Below, piece by piece: positions 54,827 through 64,000 of a stretch of 64,000 nucleotides of DNA. This DNA is from Chrysomallon squamiferum (lineage: Eukaryota > Animalia > Mollusca), in NCBI GenBank assembly GCA_012295275.1, contig CM022673.1, positions 15,686,001-15,750,000 of the forward strand, given 5' to 3'. The notes below the pieces were generated by a model. The model did no database searches, was not told the origin of the DNA, and was given only the letters and a program-made list of their open reading frames with translations. The position numbers were made by a program, and so were the translations under genes. The number at the start of each line of letters is the position of its first letter. The stretch's first letter is position 1.

Positions 54827-55967
54827 TTAAAAAGTGTATTAAAAAAATAATGACTTTGCTTTTGGCATGGAGAAAAAAAACACGCATAATTTAAAAAGTC
54901 GAAACCTGTATTTCCTTTTCGTTTTTGTAAACACAGATCCAGTTTGGCATTTTAATATATATAAATATATGATCTGTTTTTTAAATAGCAGCAAATGATT
55001 TTTCCATAACCTGAAATGAAACCTAACCGTCTTATGTTTGGCATTTAATATGACAGTTACATGCAAAAACAAAATGCTTTTTTTTAACTGAAGTTTCATA
55101 TTACTTGGCATGAACATATATAATATTATACTTTGAAATAACATGCATGCACGTATATACATATACGTTCGCGCACATACACTTGCAAACAAATACTTGA
55201 AACTTGCATCCATGCATGCATCTACGGTCGAATTCATAAACGTTTTCTAGAATCATTACAATGATACTAAATAAACACTAAATCACGTGCGCGCGCACAC
55301 ACATATACATATGCACAATCGTATAAAATATTAATATTCTTAAACACAAACTTTATTCTCCAAGTTACTAGTAGGTACACACAGATATATATATATATAT
55401 ATATAATGGATATAGATATATATATATATATATATATAGATATACTGTGAGTACCGACAGGTATTTTATGATATTACAAGTACATGTATGAAACTAAAGA
55501 AACGCCTTGCTCATTTTCTTCACACGACACCTGGCAACCTGTAAGCATACACACACATCCACCAAAACCCTATAACACCTGTCTGCTCACTTACAAACAG
55601 TAGCATACTTTGACGCATTAGACATAACGTTGTCTGGGGCAGTGTAGAACGTGTTTGTAACGTGTGTATTAAAGAGGGATTTATCCGTGGCAGGTTTGAC
55701 AGGCAGCTAATACCTGGGTCATAGATACTCCTAATTCCTTGACGTCCGCTCCTTGGAACCGTGGACGATGCATACGCCATAGTTGCTACTAATCCAGAAG
55801 AACAAGCGCGCCAGGTCAGATCGGGGACGAGAATTTAGCGTATTAAAGAAAGTCGATCCGTTATTTAACTACATACAGTGTTTTTATAACAGTGTTAGAT
55901 AACTGTGTTGTGCGCTGAAAGCTGTTATTATACATTGTGGGTTTGACAAGTATATGGCCTGTGCGTC

Positions 55968-56278
<311 letters not shown>

Positions 56279-57513
56279 TACACATGGACAAAAAAGTCTG
56301 ATCAGAAAGAAAAGACCATATTTAAATTTTCTTCTGAATTTTGACTGTCACTAAACTAGTACCTTTAAATGATAATAAATCTTTGAAAAGTGCCGCTGTG
56401 ATGTTATAGCTCTCGAAACTATATGAAGCGTCTAACCATGAGTTGTTTATTGCGTCATGTCGGTGACTTTTTAACACTGGGCTTGTTATATTTAAACTCA
56501 GGAGAAATGTTCATCAGATCATTTCACAATAAAGTCTGAAAGTAATGTACAGTCAGGAATGTTCTAAATCTTATGATAACAAAGGGCTTTGAGCTTCGAG
56601 CATTAAGTACTTTAGTTTTGGTCTTTATATTTAATAAATCATCCATTTGCAAGATTCTGGCTGAGCTAAATATGTGAAAAATGTTGTCATATACCGCAAA
56701 AGGAGGTAAAAAGCTTTAAGAATCATGTCCACTGGTTTTCGTTATAATCCAAAATATGGAACATTTTATAATAGTCTAAAGACTAGTTTCGTATCAACAG
56801 CAGGTTATGTAAATGTTCATAAAAGAAGATTGAAAAATACTGTAAAAACTGTTGTGTTTATTTTTGCATACAGACGTACATCATCACTATATTTTGCTCT
56901 CTTTCTATCATTCTCATTCGCTCTTTCTCTGTGTCCCTCTGTGAGTTTCAGACAGATCCGTATTAAAAACCAGAACGGACAAAATCTCAATAGATAAAAT
57001 CCAAATATATATATATAGTCATTCAAATAATAAACCTGCGTTACTGAATCATTCAGTTATTTTTTCCGTCTGACATCACGAGGAAAAAGTGTGTTATGAT
57101 TTGGTTTTATTCACTTATCTCATACACCTACGTACGCGTAATTCATAAAACAAACTATTCCAAATATGGATATTGCCAAGCTGTTCACATACCGCATGTT
57201 TACTCGATTATTCGTAAATGTACCCTGACATTATTACCTCAAAATATCCCACGTATTCACCTCACCATAAACACATTATCTACCCAGCAGTGATTTTTTA
57301 TTTTCTATTTTCTGTTCCTAAATCAGTGAAGTACGGGCTGTAGATGGAGTCATGGCAATATATAACTTTCTCATCAAAAAGTTACATTCTTTTGTCAAAA
57401 CACTCTAACAATCTGGGACGTTAAGAAGCACGCCTTTTATGACAAAGTTATGCCCCCTGGTGCGACCCCTATAACTATTTTTATTGAACAATTTTGCAGC
57501 AGACTGCACATAC

Positions 57514-57619
57514 ATATATGGCAATATAATAAGATGGAATTTGCCGTCGTTGTTGTCGAGTTCCATTGATGTCAGGGCGTTGTCGAGACGTCTAACCATG
57601 TGTACTGATATGGAGGTAA
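57514..57619 (-). other. Candidate internal exon (106 nt)
   Basis: Minus strand tcttttcag| ... |gtatgt; only one open frame, xTSISVHMVRRLDNALTSMELDNNDGKFHLIILPY. Confidence 0.22.
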
Positions 57620-58514
57620 CTGAAAAGACCACGTCTTATCTAACAATTGCTTGTGTGTCTTCTTCTTTTTCTCTCTCCAAATGACGTAGCAGTACTTCCC
57701 GCTGGCACTAATAAAGGGGTTGGGTGGATCTTCAACAAGAACTGTCATCTGGGTGGAAGACGGAACAAAGGAATGGAATGATGTTTGACGTTCCTAGCAT
57801 TCCCAGTTGACTTGTCTCAGAACAAACACAAGAAAGGAACTCAAACTGCTGACAAAGTCAAACCATCAAAACAAATTTTTTTGTATTTAAAATCACGACT
57901 CTGTGTAAGATATTTGTGTCTTCAGTTTTATAATAAATTCAAGGTTCGGCACATCTGACGATTCAGCCTATCTTTAGTTTGATTTATTTTATTTTATTAA
58001 TTTAATTTTATTTAATTTAATTTAATTTAATTTAATTTTATTTTATTTTATTTTATTTTATTTCATTTTAATGTATTTCAACCACTATACTATGAGTACA
58101 GTGTATATTGTGCTAAATAAATACTGTGTGACATTATATTCCTTTTAATGTAAATTATTCTGAACAACAGCCTTCTATTTGTCCATTTAATTTTGAAGTA
58201 TTTTCAATTATTTGTTTTGTTATCTTCATTTGCATTAACGTTAACTAAACCGTAATAATTGCTAATACTATCACAAATAAATCTTGTTTTGTTGTGAAAA
58301 ATTAGAGCTGCTGGTTCGTAGGGTGCAAAAGAAGAAATCAAATGTTTCCTCGACGAATTTAGCCCAGTGTTGCTGAACAACCAGTTATAGTGACAAGTAA
58401 ATCCAGTTAAATCTGTTACCATTTAGCACCTGACCTCGTTCCTAATTAGAAATGAGTCACATACACAAGATGCTTGTAATTGTAGTTGTTATTTGTTTAT
58501 CTTCATGTTTATAA

Positions 58515-58790
58515 TAGTAACAACAACAACAACAACAACAACAATAATAATAATAATAACGTTCTTTTTATTATTATTATTATATTAGTAGTATTAGTAT
58601 TAGTAGTATTAGTAGTAGTAGTAGTAGTAGTAGTAGTATAGCAGTAGTAGTAGTAGTAGCAGTAGTAGTAGCAGTAGTGGCAGTGGTGGTGATGGTGTGG
58701 TAATAGTAGTAGTCCTAGTCGTAGTAATAGTAGTAACAGTAATAATAACTGCTGTTGTTGTTGTTGTAATAGTAGTGCTAGATCTAATAA
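58515..58790. repeat. Compound trinucleotide tract (AAC)n(AAT)n(TTA)n(TAG)n
   Basis: Visible tandem tracts. Confidence 0.93.
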
Positions 58791-59554
58791 TAGTTGAATT
58801 TGATACTCATGCTGTTATTTCTTCCACTGTCGTGGTTTGTGTTGTTGATATCAGTACCACTGTCGCTATTTTTATTAATGTTGATTGTGTTGACGATTAC
58901 TATAATTATGACGATGTCCTCTTGTTTCACTTTTTCTCAGTCTACGTCTCACGTGTCGCATAAATAACAAATAACGAAAAGGATTAACAGCCGTTAGAAA
59001 TCCTTTTTAAACGTACACGAAATACTCTACACACACACAACACACGAGACGCATCTGAATAAGAAAATAATATATGGAAGCAATCGTTAAAACCCGGTCT
59101 CCATTCAGCCCGTACGACAACTCGAAACAGACTCATATTTTCAACCCTGTTTAATAATAAAATAAAATAGTTTCTTTGTGGCAGTCAACGGGAATTGCTG
59201 ATTCATGGCTCCTTAATAGCATACATTATGGTAAGCGAGTGTTCCACCGTGCCTAAATACATCCCTCTAATCTTTCCGCCCGGCTTGTTTCCAACAAGGA
59301 CATGCCAATGCTAATGGAGAGTTAACGATGCATTTCAAAAGAGGAAAAAAATGTTCTTACCCTTCGCACGTTTGCTTCAGTAGCAAAACATGTATATATG
59401 TATATAAGCAATAAAATTACTAGTTCAGTTTAACTGGCCATTGTAGTGGTTAAAACTATTTTTTGTTTATTTTTTTTTTTTTTTTTTTTTTATTATGACT
59501 TGTAGGTCTTAGGGTCAAATTCCGCAGTCAACATCTAATAATTTTTCCTTGAGT

Positions 59555-59960
59555 AAAATTTAAGTAGGTTTGTAAGAATAGATGTTAAACTAAAGTCGGA
59601 TTACTTGGAAAGATTCCTGAATTGAGTGGGTACTACTGTTAGGAAAGATTTCTAGAATTAAGTGGGTGCTACTAGGACTTAAAGATTTTAGATTTAGATG
59701 CAAAATAATCTTGACCAAAGTGATGGTTTCTGGATTGACAATACTACTAATTTGAAAATGTCTGCTACAAGGAAAACTACTATACCTTAGTGGGTGATCT
59801 TCAAAATATATTAGATTAAAGTAGGTGATATTGTAAAAGGTAATATACTAACGTGGCTACTGAAGTTGGTATCATTAAAGTGGGTAGTACTAGGAATATA
59901 CAATATTAAAATGAATACAATTATAAAATGTATATAAGCCTAAGTGGAAATTTAAAAATA
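59555..59960. repeat. Highly degenerate ~31-bp minisatellite (~12 units)
   Basis: AAGTGGG-like core at ~59562, 59593, 59624, 59660, 59718, 59756, 59788, 59819, 59850, 59878, 59909, 59942; consensus approx. TTAAAGTGGGTGCTACTAGGAAAGATTTCTAGA. Confidence 0.7.
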
Positions 59961-60329
59961 CAAATTTTAAGAAAGTACTCTGGAAAAAAACAACCACTCC
60001 CAATATTTTTCTGTTCCCACGCTTTAAATATCATTTACATAATACCATAGACTTATTTTTTAAATAAACAACGCTTACGAGCAGAAATCTCCAAACAGCC
60101 ATAAACATTTAGCATCTTTCGCCTACGAAACACGTGGCAACTTCCGCAACATTTGTTGCATATTTTGAAAAGTCTGCAGATAGACTTACATTGCATAACT
60201 CAGTTAAAGAACGGACAAGTGTCAAGGGATGCATGAACAAGATATACTCTGTTACTTTCAGTCGCTCTAATTACGTCATGCAAACGTGATGGCGCCCAAA
60301 CAATTTGAGAACGAGGACAAAAGTCTTGA

Positions 60330-60363
<34 letters not shown>

Positions 60364-60452
60364 TTAGGCTCGGTTTCTGTATGTCTGTCTGTATCTCTGT
60401 CTTTCTGTCTGCCTCTCTATCTCTCTCTCTATTTCTCTCTCGATATATGTGC

Positions 60453-60499
<47 letters not shown>

Positions 60500-61772
60500 T
60501 TGGTGATAATATTTTTCAGTTCACACGCTTTAAATATATATATATATATATATATATATCATTTAGTCTGTAAGTCCATAGAGTATATGTGAAAATGGGA
60601 GAATGAAGATCGTATTGGCGGTTTGACTTGTGCATTCTCAAGTTAAAAAATCTTAACGTTAAAATTGAACAGAAAAAAAGCTCCAACGATCTCATGTTAT
60701 TCATAACTCCTCCTCGTTGAATTCACTGATTTTTCTCCCATTTCATCCTACTAGTACGCAGCAACTAGTTTAATTAAAACGTGGTCAGTATTTAATGTTT
60801 TTGGAAAGATGTATATAAAAGGACGATTGTTTGTAATCGGCAGCATAAACCAATGGAGTAACGGCAGCGGCTTCTTTCTGATACAGTAATGATACAAGAA
60901 ACAGATGTTTGACACTTAATAACAGTCAGTATTGAAAAGTGTCGTAAAAATAGTCATTCTTCTACTTATGTAACGGAAAAGTGCTGGCGCCAGAACGACT
61001 TGCGCAAGACGACAATATTCCTAGTTAGTTTGGATCTTGCCCCAGACAAATGTCACTAAATAACAGCCAATACAGACAAGGCAAAAGGACCCCTAAGGCC
61101 CCTCTCAGCCCTGGACCCGGGTTTCGTTTGCAGTTCTCATGCGTAACAGCGTGGTTTTAGTGTCATAACGAAATGTCATATTAAATGCCAAAGTGTTTGT
61201 ATTTGATATAACTGAGTTTTAATATAACATTACCAATTTATATTTGATAAATCTGCAAATTGAAACCATCATGTTCTGGGTTTTTTTCCTCTCTCTGTCA
61301 CACACACACACACACACACACACACTTACTCACACACATACACTTACATTCATTGTTGGGTTTTTTTTCTTAGTGAAGTGTATTTACTCCAGTGGTAATG
61401 TTGAACAGCAAGTTAAAGAAACTTCAGTCACGACAATGATGATAAGTGGCCTAGCCGTAACTAATTAATCTCATGAGTCTATGTGTGACAAAAACACCAA
61501 ATGTTTCCAATCCACTAACCGGTGACAGAACATAATTTATCAGTATCACTTACCGATGTCATCAAACCAAACAAAAATTTAACTTTTAAACGTTTATCTG
61601 CAGCAGTGCGTTCGGTCAGAAACAACGCACTAATTGGAAATGACAATATCTTTTATCTGTGTTTGTTTCTTCTAGCGGTCCAGAGACTACAGCAATCGTT
61701 CCAACTGTTATCTGATCGTAGGAGAACCTTCTTAACGTTAAGCACGCTTTTTGTTTACTGAGAAAACATCGC

Positions 61773-61788
61773 TCACTAGGTGGCGCTG
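61773..61788 (+). promoter_or_regulatory. CTCF-like core motif
   Basis: TCACTAGGTGGCGC matches CCASYAGRKGGCRS at 13/14 positions. Confidence 0.4.
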
Positions 61789-62282
61789 CGTGCTCAACCC
61801 CTGCTTTAAAGACATGTTAACCCCTGTTTGGAAAAACGTCATACATGGGTGTGTTCGGTAGACGGAGCAACAGAGGTGGGAACCGTCCCAACGGTTTGTT
61901 GATCGATGTTTTTTCTTCATAATTAAACTTATTTCGTATTCCGACTTGAAAGTTAAACCCTTTCACAATGATGCCGTTCTACTCCCCTTTTTTAAAACTG
62001 ATATTCTCGACCCGCCCCTGATTGCGATTGTTTGTTTTATAAACATGCAGTGTTTACGCCAGAGATCAGGCATAGTTACACATAATTACTTCGCGATTCT
62101 GCGTGACCCGCTCATCTGTTTTTCAGCGATCACTTATATGACGTCGTTTTTTCAGGTGTCTGATTGGTGTTTGGCGTCTTAGGGAAAAAAATAATCCGTT
62201 TTTATAACTTTTTCCCTTTAAAAAGCATGTTTAAAAGCGTTGACCTAATGTTGAATTCTTTGTTATTATTCAAAACAAAATT

Positions 62283-62304
62283 CTCTTCTCTTCTTCTTCT
62301 TCTT

Positions 62305-62335
<31 letters not shown>

Positions 62336-62341
62336 TTATTA

Positions 62342-62372
<31 letters not shown>

Positions 62373-62390
62373 TTTATTTTTATTTATTAT
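62283..62390. repeat. (CTT)n-(TTA)n-(TTTA)n compound microsatellite
   Basis: Visible tandem tracts. Confidence 0.95.
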
Positions 62391-63177
62391 TTTTTTTTGG
62401 GGTGGGGGTGGGGAGGGGGTTCTTTATTTTTTTCATTTATTAAAAATGGCTTCGATTACAAAATCTAAAGGTCCACAGTCTCGGTAAGAGCCAAAGTCTC
62501 ACCTCGGTGACAAACGTCTTGTTGAAGTTCCTGTTACTGAGGTCAGCGAGGTCGAGCGACCTAGCTATTCAAGGGGAGTAAATTTTAATTCGTTCTCGTA
62601 AGCAGATGCCATTTTGTAATAGTACACAGAGCATCTCGAAAAAAAACAGTATGTTATATGACAAAAAAAAATAATTAAAATGCCATAGGTCTGATATAAT
62701 TATGCTCCATTCCTGACGCCTGTGTTAAAGTGAAATTTATATCTGTACCATCCAGCTCCTGTGTTTTCGCCAGTGCCACAAATCCGATGTGAAGTTTTAT
62801 GTTAATTTTATTCTGTCAAAGGATTCCTTACTTTCATTATTTAAAGTTTGCCAGTATCAGCTGTCACACTTGTTTTAGATGAAAAAAGAAGAAGGAAAAA
62901 AACAAAAAAAAAAAACAAAAGAAAAACCTAAATAACACACGACAAAGAAAAGGAATAATTGGTAACAAAGAAAAATAGATTAATAAAAACGTAATTATAT
63001 AGTAAATTAATAATATCACAGTTATAGTAGACATTAACCTAAGACGTAGTATTTCTAATATAAAAATGTACTGAATTTTTAAGTTACAATGTTAATAAGT
63101 TAAAGTGTAAGGTAGTATATTGCATCATATTATCTTCAGCTAACGAAGCTTTCAGTGAATACTCAAGTAAAAAAGAA

Positions 63178-63209
<32 letters not shown>

Positions 63210-63530
63210 GTTACACTGATTATTAATAACTTACTTTCAGAAAATTCTACATCTAATAAGAGAGAAAAGAAATCTGTCATTAAATGTGATTATATATATA
63301 TATACTATTATTATAATGTAAATATAAGATAAATCCATTCCACAGTTATGATGGCATACATGGATCTTTTACTTACTTTTTCAACACAAAAGGAAACACG
63401 TACCACAGCCTTTCATAATAACACTCATTCACATCTGACCAGAAATTTTAAGCAGTCCAGCAGGCGAAATGAGGAGGATTGATCCCATTACCGAACAATC
63501 CTCAGTTGAGCGACTTAACATAGAATTATT
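63210..63530 (-). mobile_element. Decayed tRNA-derived SINE, MetaSINE-like
   Basis: Minus strand: tRNA-like head with B-box-like gggatcaatcc (~63477-63487), then aaaggctgtggtacgtgtttcct...taaaagatcc (63354-63413), resembling the recalled Meta-domain core AAAGGCCGTGGTATGTG...TAAAAGATCCCTTGC. Confidence 0.6.
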
Positions 63531-64000
63531 GCTTATACTTATCCAGTAGGAGCACGCTTTGCATACAAATAACATATAAACGTCAACTCAAATAAATAGC
63601 AGCTGCGCGCCGTACACGTCATTGAACTAACTACAAGCAGCTACGAGGACATTAAAAGCAGGATTTGTTTTATTGCTTATTATCGATAATAAAACAGCAC
63701 GAGAACACGTACAGCCACGTTTTCAGCACGTAATGTTGCTGTTATTTCATTCTCAACGTGGAGCAGGGCGTGGCTGTCACAAGCCATAGTGTCTGTTGTA
63801 ATATATGTACTTCCTGTGTGACAAGCATCCTTAATTTGTAAACAAGTCTATTATTAATGAGCTGGTTATATTTATCTTTCTTAAGAATGTTGGTGCAGTT
63901 ATGTGCATGTCTGAACCTACGCATTTTACGTATGTGTATAATGTATGTAAGACTGTGGGTGTATTTAGGGCTCTGTGACTGTATGTGGTGAAGAATGAAT

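Noticed and set aside
59555-59960. CRISPR-like repeat/spacer appearance
   Set aside because: Repeats are highly degenerate, the ~31-bp period leaves no room for spacers, there are no cas genes and the context is eukaryotic

Overview
AT-rich, microsatellite-dense eukaryotic (metazoan) genomic DNA, most likely intronic or intergenic. GC is roughly 30% by eye (not computed). Decayed tRNA-derived SINE fragments resemble, from memory, MetaSINE-type elements of gastropod molluscs, so a mollusc origin is plausible but unverified. No recognisable protein-coding gene, rRNA, tRNA or CRISPR array is present, and almost every ORF in the supplied track is a translation of a simple repeat. Supportable features are many microsatellites, several minisatellites or short tandem duplications, a ~170-240 bp cassette duplicated 4.7 kb apart, a decayed MITE, SINE remnants, a pre-miRNA-sized hairpin, CTCF-like and other regulatory motifs, and a few low-confidence splice-bounded exon candidates on both strands. 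I found no convincing novel multi-gene system. The best leads are the 28.4 kb hairpin, hidden ~31-bp-period degenerate arrays (two sharing a motif with the MITE terminus), a phase-compatible chain of small plus-strand exons, and a signal-peptide-like minus-strand exon.
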